Of a stretch of 64,000 nt of DNA, positions 9,333-18,312 are shown in pieces. The DNA is from Chloroflexota bacterium (GTDB taxonomy: Bacteria > Chloroflexota > UBA5177). The notes beneath the pieces are model-generated. The model was given only the letters and a program-made list of their open reading frames with translations. It searched no databases and was not told the origin of the DNA. The DNA is taken from assembly GCA_025449555.1 (NCBI GenBank), contig JANWJD010000084.1, forward strand, positions 712 through 64,711, in the 5' to 3' direction. How positions within the stretch are numbered: the first letter of the stretch is position 1; each line of letters begins with the position of its first letter. A program made the position numbers and the translations under genes.

Positions 9333-10673
9333 TGCAGCGCGAAACTGTATGGTTGCAGCGCGGCCGCCGGTTAACCCCGTCTGCAAGTTTCCGATCGCAC
9401 TCATCGCAATAGTCACGCTGCCACGGCCCGGGGCATACGAGCCAATATGCACGGTCACGCCGTGATTTTGATCGTGCTTTAGCCACCGAACAGTGTTGCC
9501 AAGGGGTGCACCGGGGGTGCTGAAGACTGCTGCCAGGCGAACGCTGGATGGGGCGGACATCTGAATGGTGACTGGTAAACCTGGCGGAGCGCTGAACCGC
9601 ATGTACCCCTGTGTCCACGGCTGCAACACCACTGCGTCGTGTCCGGTGGCCGGCGTTTCGAACGGAAAGCTCGTCACTGTCGGGTAGGTCGATCGGGGTG
9701 ACACGAAGTGATTGCGCAGTATCCCCCTGTATCCGTAGAGCCCAGCATCGTTCAAGACCTGCGCCACGGACCAGTGGGCAAAGGCATCAACGCAGGTTCC
9801 ACGTTTCTCGCGACGCAACACGGCGTCGATTCCGCGCATGCCGGACTGGCGATTGCGTACGAGGTCGCGCGTAAATCGCGGTCCGTACTGCCCGGCGAGA
9901 TAGGCTACAAACATTCCGGCCCGGCCGTACGAGACCGGTCCGAACTGGCGCAAAAACTCAGCACTCTCAGTCATCGAAGTCAGTGGCCAGCCTGGGTCGG
10001 AGGCGGCAGCCTCCAGGCGCAGTTGGTCACGTGGAGTCCAGAACCCATTCGCCAGCTGGGCATAAAAAGAGAGCCCTTCATTCAGCCACACCTGCTGCGG
10101 CGCTACACCTCTATCGAGCACTCGAATCCGGAAATCGATCAGGTGCTGTAGTTCGTGCGCAAGTGCCTCTTGCACATCAGCCATTCTGTTCGGGTCCGGC
10201 ATGGACACAAGCGAACGCACGTACAGAAAATTGCCGTGGTTGGAATGCGCAGCCACGCCCGGCGCTGGAGCCAGGTCGCTTTCATTGAAGTACCCAAAGG
10301 TCGTTCCACTGAACGGGGCCATGACAATGGTCACCGCGTGCAAGCCGCGCGGTGCACCAAAATCCTGTATATCAGTGGGGAATATGCGTTTGTCGAAGGC
10401 ATGGATCAAGACCTCGGCCTCGCGCGGCGCCAGTTGAGACTGACCGCAGTTGAAAACGGTAGCGCGCGTGCCCACTGCGACCTGATCGCATGCAATGCGC
10501 TTATAAACACCATTGTCCACCACCCAGAACGTCCTTTCCGGCTCTGAGGCACGAACGGGCACTGCAGGAGAAATCACTCCCGTCCAGAGCACCGCGCCCG
10601 TGATTGCGGCAACGACGGCCCAGTGTACGGCCCGACGGCACGCTCGAAAAATATGCCCGATCCTCACCAACAC
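9255..10673 (-). CDS. Secreted zinc metallopeptidase (gluzincin, M30/hyicolysin-like)
   Basis: Signal peptide ending PVRA; GYF; LAHELQHLI followed by WLNEGLS. Start moved to about 10673 because the ORF-track N-terminus is translated REP repeats. Confidence 0.8.
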   Translation of the reverse strand: MLVRIGHIFRACRRAVHWAVVAAITGAVLWTGVISPAVPVRASEPERTFWVVDNGVYKRIACDQVAVGTRATVFNCGQSQLAPREAEVLIHAFDKRIFPTDIQDFGAPRGLHAVTIVMAPFSGTTFGYFNESDLAPAPGVAAHSNHGNFLYVRSLVSMPDPNRMADVQEALAHELQHLIDFRIRVLDRGVAPQQVWLNEGLSFYAQLANGFWTPRDQLRLEAAASDPGWPLTSMTESAEFLRQFGPVSYGRAGMFVAYLAGQYGPRFTRDLVRNRQSGMRGIDAVLRREKRGTCVDAFAHWSVAQVLNDAGLYGYRGILRNHFVSPRSTYPTVTSFPFETPATGHDAVVLQPWTQGYMRFSAPPGLPVTIQMSAPSSVRLAAVFSTPGAPLGNTVRWLKHDQNHGVTVHIGSYAPGRGSVTIAMSAIGNLQTGLTGGRAATIQFRAASIYPRHDKGMSRTTPSTRPNANIVI

Positions 10674-10686
10674 ACCCGCCAACCGT

Positions 10687-10789
10687 CGTAGCGTCGCCCC
10701 TTGTGGGCGACCCCCGGTTGGCGCCGACCCGCCTGGCCAATCCCGCATCCGTAGCGTCGCCCCTCGTGGGCGACCCCCGGTTGGCGCCG
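10687..10789 (+). repeat. Tandem pair of 40-bp GTAG-REP units
   Basis: cgtagcgtcgcccct(t/c)gtgggcgacccccggttggcgccg at 10687 and 10750; GTCGCCC/GGGCGAC stem. Confidence 0.8.
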
Positions 10790-10905
10790 CGCAACGACAT
10801 GGGAGACGTTCCAATCGACTCTCCACCGACAACGTCCTCAGACCGGAACCATCATACAAGGCGCCCTGGAACTCCCACCCGGGTTGGTACAATCATGCCA
10901 CTGCT

Positions 10906-12912
10906 ATGAACGATTATCGCTCCCCACCTTCGCCTGCTTCTTCCGACTCGTATGACGTCATCGTGGTGGGTACGGGCCACGCCGGATGCGAGGCTGCTCT
11001 CGCCGCCGCGCGTATCGGCTGTCGCACCGTCGCCTTCACCATGAACCTCGACAACATAGCTCTCATGCCCTGTAATCCCTCGGTGGGCGGCCCGGGCAAA
11101 GCCCATCTGGTGCGAGAAATAGACGCCCTGGGTGGAGAGATGGGCCGAAACACCGACCGCACCAGCGTCCAGATCAGGATGCTCAACACCAGCAAGGGGC
11201 CCGCTGTCCAGGCCCTACGGGCACAGAGCGACAAACGGGCCTACTCTCAATCGATGAAGTCGGTCCTCGAAGAGCAGCCGCGGTTGGATGTAAAGCAAGC
11301 AGTGGTCGACGATCTCATCATCGAACACGATCAGGGCGTACCGCACGTGGCGGGTATCATCACTAGCACCGGCACACGGTACTTCGCCCGCGCCGTCGTG
11401 TTGACCACCGGCACGTTCCTCAAAGGACGAATCATAATCGGAGAGCAGTCATATCCGGCGGGTCGCGCCGGTGAGTTTCCCGCCGACAGTCTGTCCGGCT
11501 CCCTGGCCCGTTGCTCGTTCCGACTCGGACGCCTCAAAACGGGAACGCCGCCGCGTATCGACGGCCGGACCATCGACTACAGCCTCACGTCGTTGCAGCG
11601 TGGTAGCGACTCGCCCCTTTTTTTCAGCCACGATGCTCGCGAGGCGTATCGGAATGCTCGCATGTCGTCTCCCGATGCCCGGGCGCCCATCGCCGACTTC
11701 GAAGCCGCGCGGCACGGGTCCGATCCAGCGTGGCGATCACAGCTCCCCTGTCACCTGGTTCAAACCACGCAGGAAACCCACGACATCATTCGAGCCAACC
11801 TGCATCTGGCGCCCATGTACAACGGCGGGATTACAAGTGTCGGTCCGCGCTACTGTCCCTCGATCGAGACCAAGATCGTTCGCTTTGCCGAAAAGCAGTC
11901 TCATCTGCTCTTTCTAGAACCCGAAGGCTGGAAGACGAGAGAGGTATACGTGCAGGGAGCAAACACCAGCCTGCCGGAAGACGTGCAGGGCGCCATGCTG
12001 CGCAGTATTCCAGCGCTGCGTCGCTGTGAGGTCATGCGCGCCGGATACGCCATCGAATATGACTACCTGCCCGGTACGCAGGTCTATCATTCACTCGAGT
12101 CAAAGCCGCTTCGAAACCTCTATCTTGCCGGCCAGATCATCGGCACCACCGGCTACGAAGAAGCGGGGGCACTCGGCATCATGGCCGGTATCAACGCGGC
12201 CCGGCGTGCTCGATCGCAAGACGAAGTGGTGTTGCGGCGCGATCAGGCCTACATCGGGGTACTGATCGACGATCTTGTCACCAAGGAAATGGACGAACCG
12301 TATCGGATGCACACGTCACAGGCTGAGTTCCGGTTGCTCTTGCGCCAGGACAATGCCGAAGAGCGGCTCGGTGCCCTGGCGTTTGATCTCGGCCTGGTCG
12401 ACGAACAGCGCCACCGCCGGCTCGAGGACCGTCGACGACAGATCGAGACGATTGTCAGCGGTCTCGACGATTCGTGGCTCCGGTTTGACCGCGAGACCAC
12501 CCGGCGACTGGACGTGCTGGGCTGCCGGCCGACCAGGCAGAACGTGCGCGCGCGCGACTTCCTCTGCCGTACGGACGTGCACATCGGCATGCTGCAGGAA
12601 CTGGGGCTCGTGCCGTCCGAACTTTCCGACGAGGTGGCTCGTGAGGTCGAGACTGCGGTGAAGTACGCGGGTTACGTGGCTCGCCAGGAAGGCGAGGTGA
12701 AACGCCTGCGCCGCCTCGAGGATCGGGTGATTCCTCCTGACGTACAGTACGACTCGGTCCGCGGCTTGCGCGCCGAAACGATGGAACGATTGTCCAGAAT
12801 TCAACCGCGAACCATCGGGCACGCTTCTCGGATTGCAGGAGTAACCGCGTCTGACATTTCCGTTCTCCTGGTCCATCTGGAGCAGATTCGCCGTCAACCT
12901 GTGCAAGGGTAA
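10906..12912 (+). CDS. mnmG: tRNA uridine 5-carboxymethylaminomethyl modification enzyme MnmG (GidA)
   Basis: VVGTGHAGCEAA, MPCNPSVGG, RLKTGTPPR, GPRYCPSIE, GTTGYEEA, DQAYIGVLIDDL; TGGTACAAT extended -10 just upstream. Confidence 0.97.
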   Translation: MNDYRSPPSPASSDSYDVIVVGTGHAGCEAALAAARIGCRTVAFTMNLDNIALMPCNPSVGGPGKAHLVREIDALGGEMGRNTDRTSVQIRMLNTSKGPAVQALRAQSDKRAYSQSMKSVLEEQPRLDVKQAVVDDLIIEHDQGVPHVAGIITSTGTRYFARAVVLTTGTFLKGRIIIGEQSYPAGRAGEFPADSLSGSLARCSFRLGRLKTGTPPRIDGRTIDYSLTSLQRGSDSPLFFSHDAREAYRNARMSSPDARAPIADFEAARHGSDPAWRSQLPCHLVQTTQETHDIIRANLHLAPMYNGGITSVGPRYCPSIETKIVRFAEKQSHLLFLEPEGWKTREVYVQGANTSLPEDVQGAMLRSIPALRRCEVMRAGYAIEYDYLPGTQVYHSLESKPLRNLYLAGQIIGTTGYEEAGALGIMAGINAARRARSQDEVVLRRDQAYIGVLIDDLVTKEMDEPYRMHTSQAEFRLLLRQDNAEERLGALAFDLGLVDEQRHRRLEDRRRQIETIVSGLDDSWLRFDRETTRRLDVLGCRPTRQNVRARDFLCRTDVHIGMLQELGLVPSELSDEVAREVETAVKYAGYVARQEGEVKRLRRLEDRVIPPDVQYDSVRGLRAETMERLSRIQPRTIGHASRIAGVTASDISVLLVHLEQIRRQPVQG

Positions 12913-12915
12913 GCG

Positions 12916-13338
12916 GTGCGGGCGCAGGTCGTGCTGCTGCGTGACGGCCACATCTTGATGGTGCGCCATTCGCACGCCGACCGCGCATATTGGGTTCTTC
13001 CTGGTGGCGCGGTCGAACCTGACGAGGACGTCGCTGCTGCCGCCGTGCGCGAGGTTCTGGAGGAGACCGGCCTCTCGATTTCACTCGAACGGTTACTCTT
13101 CGTCGACGGTCCGCGTGTGGTGGGCGACCATGCCATTAAACAGCCGCGCTACACCTACCTGGGGCGCATCGTTGGCGGCGAGTTACAACAGATTGTGGAC
13201 CCTCGCGGCGGAAATCCGGGGAAAGGCTGCCTCACCGGCGCAATGTGGAAACCGTTCGACTGCACAGACTTCGACGCGGCCACGCGCGACACACTCCGGC
13301 TGGTCGCCCGTTCACTCGACTTCAGGGCCGAACAATAA
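12916..13338 (+). CDS. NUDIX hydrolase
   Basis: PGGAVEPDEDVAAAAVREVLEETG Nudix box. Confidence 0.9.
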   Translation: MRAQVVLLRDGHILMVRHSHADRAYWVLPGGAVEPDEDVAAAAVREVLEETGLSISLERLLFVDGPRVVGDHAIKQPRYTYLGRIVGGELQQIVDPRGGNPGKGCLTGAMWKPFDCTDFDAATRDTLRLVARSLDFRAEQ

Positions 13339-13440
13339 CCCAGTCCCGCCTTGGGCTTGACTTCCGCCCTCAGACCTGGACGGATTCAGCCGACCATCGC
13401 TACAATTCGTTCCTCATCGCCACAACTCTCGGCGATATTC

Positions 13441-13519
13441 GTAGGGGACGGCCCCCGCGCCGTCCCACCGGTATTGTATGAGGGGACCAGAGCAGATCAC
13501 CACGCCGGGCGATCCCTAC
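13441..13519. repeat. Inverted GTAG-REP doublet (REPIN-like)
   Basis: Plus strand GTAG-GGGACGGC-ccccgc-GCCGTCCC at 13441; minus strand GTAG-GGATCGCC-cggcgt-GGTGATC starting at 13519; located between convergent genes. Confidence 0.65.
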
Positions 13520-13686
13520 CTATATCAGAGAATGTCAAGATGGCCTCACCGGTTGCTTCCGGCGTGGCGCCGCGAAGCGGCATGGGAGACTCCATCGCCG
13601 AGGCCTGTCGATCCTCAGGCATAGACGTTTCGAAAACACTTCCATCGCCACTATGCGACATGCTTGACTGATAGGCGACTCCGTAC

Positions 13687-14556
13687 TCATCCAGCAATGC
13701 TGTCCAGCTCTACCACGTCGTACTCCGACAGGGTCAGCGCAGCTCCGGCAACGTTCTCACGCAGATGTGCCACAGACGATGTGCCGGGAATGAGCAGGAT
13801 GTTCGGGGAGCGCTGCAGCAGCCACGCCAGGGCGACGGCGATCGGTATGGTGTTGAGCCGGGTGGCGACCGATGCCAGTGTCCCTGATTGCAGTGGGGAG
13901 AACCCACCGAGCGGGAAGTAGGGCACATAGGCGATTCCCTGGGCCGACAGTGAGTCGATCAAGGCATCGTCGACTCGATGGACCAGGTTGTAGAAATTCT
14001 GTACGCATACGATCGGCGCGATGGACTGTGCTTCCTCGATCTGCTCGGCAGAGACGGTACTGATACCGAGCTGCCTGATCAATCCCTCGTGCCGCATCTG
14101 CGCCAGCGCGGTGAACGGTGCGGCGATCGAATCAGGATCTGGGCTGCCGAATCCCCCGACGCGCAGATTGACGACCTCGAGCACGTCGAGGCCGAGGTTG
14201 TCCAGATTGTCGCGCACCGCCCGGCGCAGCTGCTCAGGAGACCGCGCATGCGGCCAGCCGCCCTCGGCGTCACGTGACGCTCCGACCTTCGTGACAATGT
14301 GCAATGAGTCCGGGTAGGGGTGCAGGGCTTCCTTGATGATCTGGTTGGTCACATGTGGGCCGTAGTAGTCGCTGGTGTCGATGTGCGTGATGCCCATGTC
14401 CACCGCTTCGCGCAGGACGGCGATCGCGGCGTCGCGGTCCCTGGGTGGCCCGAAGACGCCGGGACCCGCCAGCTGCATCGCGCCGTACCCCATCCGAGTA
14501 ACCGTCAAACCCTCCGCCATGGTGAACGTTCCACCGGGAAGTGTCGTCATTGCCAT
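13687..14556 (-). CDS. Aldo/keto reductase
   Basis: RMGYGAMQL, HIDTSDYYG, VTKVG, VQNFYN, IPGTSSVAHLREN; GAGGAAAGG RBS. Confidence 0.93.
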   Translation of the reverse strand: MAMTTLPGGTFTMAEGLTVTRMGYGAMQLAGPGVFGPPRDRDAAIAVLREAVDMGITHIDTSDYYGPHVTNQIIKEALHPYPDSLHIVTKVGASRDAEGGWPHARSPEQLRRAVRDNLDNLGLDVLEVVNLRVGGFGSPDPDSIAAPFTALAQMRHEGLIRQLGISTVSAEQIEEAQSIAPIVCVQNFYNLVHRVDDALIDSLSAQGIAYVPYFPLGGFSPLQSGTLASVATRLNTIPIAVALAWLLQRSPNILLIPGTSSVAHLRENVAGAALTLSEYDVVELDSIAG

Positions 14557-14678
14557 GAGCATTCCTTTCCTCGTTTTCAAAGCGCCGTGAGAGGGACACG
14601 CCACGTCCCTCGGGCGACTGCGTCAACCTCTGATGATTCCATAGTCCACCAAATGTCTCCACGCGTGAGCTCGCCCGT

Positions 14679-14720
14679 CCCCCTCTCCTGCGCCGCGGGG
14701 GAGGGGCTAGGGGAGGGGGT
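14679..14720. repeat. CCCTCTCC...GGAGGGG palindromic repeat immediately downstream of dnaE2
   Basis: ccccctctcctgcgccgcgggggaggggctaggggagggg; related copy at 18805 inside imuB. Confidence 0.6.
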
Positions 14721-14722
14721 CT

Positions 14723-17700
14723 CTACGCCCCCAGCAGACGCGGTTGGTACGCGCGCACGGTCAGCGGCTTCGTATCCAGTTCGGCCACATCGTTCAGTCG
14801 CCAGATCCGCCTGGCCAGCAGCGAGGTGACGTATCGCTCCCGCTGGATCGTCCCCTCGATGATGAGCGACGAGCTGCCATTGACGACGAGACGGTAGTCG
14901 CGATACACGTTCGGAAAGACCGCAACCGGCAGTTCACCCTCTTCGTCGGCCAGCACGAGAAATGTCATCCCCTTGGCAGTCGGAGGCTGCTGGCGGCTGA
15001 TGACGATACCGGCTGTTCGCACCAGCGCACCGGGCGCTCGACCCTCGAGCTGTCCGATGGACAGGACCCGCGCGCGTTGGAGCGAGCGGCGATAAAACGA
15101 CATGATGCTGTACCGGGCTGATGCTCCCTGCAGCGTAAAGTCGATGCCGGCGACATCCAGTTCCGTCAACGGTGGCAGCTCCGGCAGGGCCGCGTCCTCC
15201 GTGCGCAGCAGGGAACGCGTGTGCGTTTCCTGATTGCGGGGCACGGTCTGCACCACCTCCTCCAGTTGCCACAGGAGCGCTCGACGGTTGAGGCCGAGGG
15301 TATCGAATGCGCCGACGGCGATCAGGTTCTCCGCCGCGTCCCGATGTGTGGAAGTCCGGCGCCAGAAATCGGTAAACGACGAGAAGGATCGGCGACCGCG
15401 CGCCTGGACGATTTCGTCCGCCGTCTCCTCGGTTATTCCCTTGACCTGCATCAGACCCATGCGAATCGCTCCGTGTTCCACGGCATACCGGGCAACGCTT
15501 CGATTTATGTCAACCGGCAGCACCCGTATCCCCCATTTGCGCGCTTCCTCGATCACGGTTTGGGTTGGGTAGTAACAACACGGCTCATTCGAAAGAATGG
15601 CGGCCAGAAATTCCGCCGGGTAATACACCTTGAGAAAGGCGGTCTGATACACCGTCTTGGCAAATGCGGCGGCATGGCTCCGACAGAAACCGTACCCCGA
15701 GAAATACGCAATGGCCTCATACATGTCTTTTGCTAACTCTCGATCGCGTCCACCCTTCACCGCGCTTTCGACGAATGCATCGCGACATACGTCCATCTGC
15801 GTCTCGGTCCGGTAATGCGACATGGCCCGGCGTAGCCCGTCGGCATCCGCATACGACAGTCCCGCGAAATCGTGCGCCACCTGCAATACCTGCTCCTGGA
15901 AGATCACGACTCCCAGCGTGTCGCGGAGACATCTCTCCAGGCTCGGATGTGGATAGGTCACCTGCTGCCGCCCCAACCGGCGCTCGACGTAGGGATCCAC
16001 CATCCCGCCCTGGAGTGGTCCGGGACGAAACAGCGCGATCTGGATAATCAGGTCGCCGAAGGTGCGGGGCTGTGAACGTGCCAGCAGCGCCCACTGCCCT
16101 GGGCTCTCTACCTGAAAGATGCCGATGGTTTTTGAGGAGCAAATCAGATCGTAAATCGCCGGATCGTCCAGCAGGAGATCGTCGATCGGCACGGTGATCC
16201 CCCGACTCCGCTCGATCCCGCGGACCGCCTCGTCGACGATGGAAAGCGTTCGAAGTCCGAGGATATCGAACTTGATCAATCCCAGCAGCTCGACATCATC
16301 CTTGTTGAACTGGCAGACACGTACCCCACTGGTCGCATACTCCAGCGGCACGACGTCGACCAATGGCTCCGCGGTGATCAGCATCCCGCCGTTGTGCAGT
16401 GAGAGATGGCGCGGGTAGCCATCCAACTGCTCGCACAGTTCGAGCACCATACTCAACGGCGTCCCTCCTGCTGCCACATCTAGTGCACGTCCAGGTGGGA
16501 TGGTGGGCACTGGCTTGTCCACGCTCGCTACGGGTCCGTCCTGTAGGGCGGGGCCGCGAAGCAGTGCCCCGCCGCCCCGTTCCATCGCGATTGCAGAACC
16601 TCCACGTTGATCCTGCACTAGGGAACTGTCGCTCTGTGCCGGCACGGGAAGTGACGTCCCGGTGACTGCTCCCGCCAGCTCCAGTTCTTCGCGCATGTGG
16701 CTGACCCCTCGATAACTGAGTTTCCCGGCCAGGTGGTCGATCAGCGATGGAGAAAAACCCATGGCCTTCGCCACATCTCGAAAGGCGGAACGTGAGCGGT
16801 AGGTAATGACGTTCGCCACCATGGCGGCATGCTCGGTGGTGTAGCGTTCCTGGATATAGGTAATAACCTCATCACGCCGTCGCGAGTCAAAGTCGATATC
16901 GACATCGGGCATTCCGACGCGACCTGGATTGAGAAAGCGCTCGAACAGGAGATTGTTCGCCAGTGGATCGACCGCGGTAATACCCAGCACGTAGGCCACG
17001 ATCGAATCGGCGGCCGATCCCCGACCGGCACACCGGATCCCGCGCTCCCGAGAAAAACGGACGATATCCCATACGCAGAGGAAAAACGAGGCAAGTCCCA
17101 TCTCCTCAATCACCGAAAGCTCGTGCGCCAGTTGTTTGCTCACCGCGGGTGTCAGTGGACGGTAGAGCCGGCGAACTCCTTCCTGACAGAGTCGATAGAG
17201 CTGAGAGAAGGCGGTTTCCCCTTCCGGCACCGGGAAATCCGGCGGACGGCAGGTGACGGCCAGCAGCTCGAGATTGCAGGAATCGGCTATTTCCTCGGAA
17301 GCGGCGGCACAGGCGTCGAATACCTCGTCAGGCAAGCCAAAGGTGGCTCGCATCTCCTCCGCCGACTTGAGGTAGTACTCGCCGTTGGGGTGCCGCACCT
17401 CGCTCCATTCGTCCAGGGTGGTCCGTGTCCCGATGCATGCCATGACATCGCGCACGCGGTATTCATCGGGATGGGCGTAATGAACGTCGTTGGCAATGGT
17501 GCAGCCTACCCCCGTGCTCGCCGCCACGTCTCGCAGCGCGTCGACCAGCGCAGTATCGTCCGGCAGGAGATGATGCTCGAGTTCGATCCAGAAGTCGCGG
17601 CCGAAGACGGCGAGATAGCGCTCGACCGCCTCGATTGCCCCCGCTCTGTCGCCTTTCAGCAGGAGTGACGGAATCTCGCCACGACGGCAACCGGACAGCG

Positions 17701-18073
17701 CGATCAAGCCTCCGGCATGAGCCGCCAGATCGGAGAACGTGATCTGGGGATCGTCCTGGTAGTCAAGCTGCGCTCTGGTGACGATGCGGCAAAGATTGCC
17801 GTAACCACTCCGGTCATCTGCCCGCAGTAGCAGGTGCGGGTTGGCGTTCGCATCGTCCGGCCCTTCTATTCGGAGGCGTATCTCCACCCCGACAATGGGC
17901 TTGATACCATGCGCCCGAGCGGCGTGAATGAAGCGGACTATGCCATACAGCCCGTGATGATCGGTGAGCGCGAGCGCGGACATGCTCAGATCTCGGGCTC
18001 GGCGGAGGAGACGATCGGGCGGAGATGCACCATCCAGAAAGCTGAAATTGCTATGAACGTGAAGCTGGATCAT
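14723..18073 (-). CDS. dnaE2: Error-prone DNA polymerase DnaE2 (ImuC)
   Basis: PHP (LHVHSNFSFLDGAS, TDHHG, NDVHY), GRGSAADS, PDVDID catalytic Asp, PRHLSLHNGG, GFCRSHA, RQQPPTAKG OB fold; in a cassette with an imuB-like gene. Confidence 0.95.
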   Translation of the reverse strand: MIQLHVHSNFSFLDGASPPDRLLRRARDLSMSALALTDHHGLYGIVRFIHAARAHGIKPIVGVEIRLRIEGPDDANANPHLLLRADDRSGYGNLCRIVTRAQLDYQDDPQITFSDLAAHAGGLIALSGCRRGEIPSLLLKGDRAGAIEAVERYLAVFGRDFWIELEHHLLPDDTALVDALRDVAASTGVGCTIANDVHYAHPDEYRVRDVMACIGTRTTLDEWSEVRHPNGEYYLKSAEEMRATFGLPDEVFDACAAASEEIADSCNLELLAVTCRPPDFPVPEGETAFSQLYRLCQEGVRRLYRPLTPAVSKQLAHELSVIEEMGLASFFLCVWDIVRFSRERGIRCAGRGSAADSIVAYVLGITAVDPLANNLLFERFLNPGRVGMPDVDIDFDSRRRDEVITYIQERYTTEHAAMVANVITYRSRSAFRDVAKAMGFSPSLIDHLAGKLSYRGVSHMREELELAGAVTGTSLPVPAQSDSSLVQDQRGGSAIAMERGGGALLRGPALQDGPVASVDKPVPTIPPGRALDVAAGGTPLSMVLELCEQLDGYPRHLSLHNGGMLITAEPLVDVVPLEYATSGVRVCQFNKDDVELLGLIKFDILGLRTLSIVDEAVRGIERSRGITVPIDDLLLDDPAIYDLICSSKTIGIFQVESPGQWALLARSQPRTFGDLIIQIALFRPGPLQGGMVDPYVERRLGRQQVTYPHPSLERCLRDTLGVVIFQEQVLQVAHDFAGLSYADADGLRRAMSHYRTETQMDVCRDAFVESAVKGGRDRELAKDMYEAIAYFSGYGFCRSHAAAFAKTVYQTAFLKVYYPAEFLAAILSNEPCCYYPTQTVIEEARKWGIRVLPVDINRSVARYAVEHGAIRMGLMQVKGITEETADEIVQARGRRSFSSFTDFWRRTSTHRDAAENLIAVGAFDTLGLNRRALLWQLEEVVQTVPRNQETHTRSLLRTEDAALPELPPLTELDVAGIDFTLQGASARYSIMSFYRRSLQRARVLSIGQLEGRAPGALVRTAGIVISRQQPPTAKGMTFLVLADEEGELPVAVFPNVYRDYRLVVNGSSSLIIEGTIQRERYVTSLLARRIWRLNDVAELDTKPLTVRAYQPRLLGA

Positions 18074-18312
18074 CAGTCATAGAGGCGCTCTAGGAACCAT
18101 CTATCCCGCTCGCGGTAGATCTCATACGTTCCCAGGTTGTCGCACTCGACTTTGTAGTACTGGCGCGATACCTCCTGGCGCCACCAATCAGCCTGGACGA
18201 TCCAGCGCTTCAAAATAGCTGTGATGCAATGTGCCTGCCGCCGCCAGGTAAAGATCTGCGGCCGTCCCTCCGCACATTCCACCGTGATCGGGTCGGAATA
18301 CAACCTGGTCAT
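18073..18312 (-). CDS. DUF6504-family small protein
   Basis: P..FTWR....I..I..RW....WW......YYKV......YEIY....WFL...YD pattern; overlaps both neighbours (ATGA with imuB stop). Confidence 0.75.
   Translation of the reverse strand: MTRLYSDPITVECAEGRPQIFTWRRQAHCITAILKRWIVQADWWRQEVSRQYYKVECDNLGTYEIYRERDRWFLERLYD

Noticed and set aside
8417..10789. Repeat pairs at 8417/8462 and 10687/10750 as mini-CRISPR arrays
   Set aside because: Only two units each, short spacers, no cas genes, and dispersed GTAG-hairpin copies elsewhere; they fit REPs better.
10513..10905. Long N-terminal extensions on MnmG and on the opposite-strand peptidase in the ORF track
   Set aside because: They are translations of intergenic REP repeats; a -10 element sits just before the MnmG ATG at 10906.
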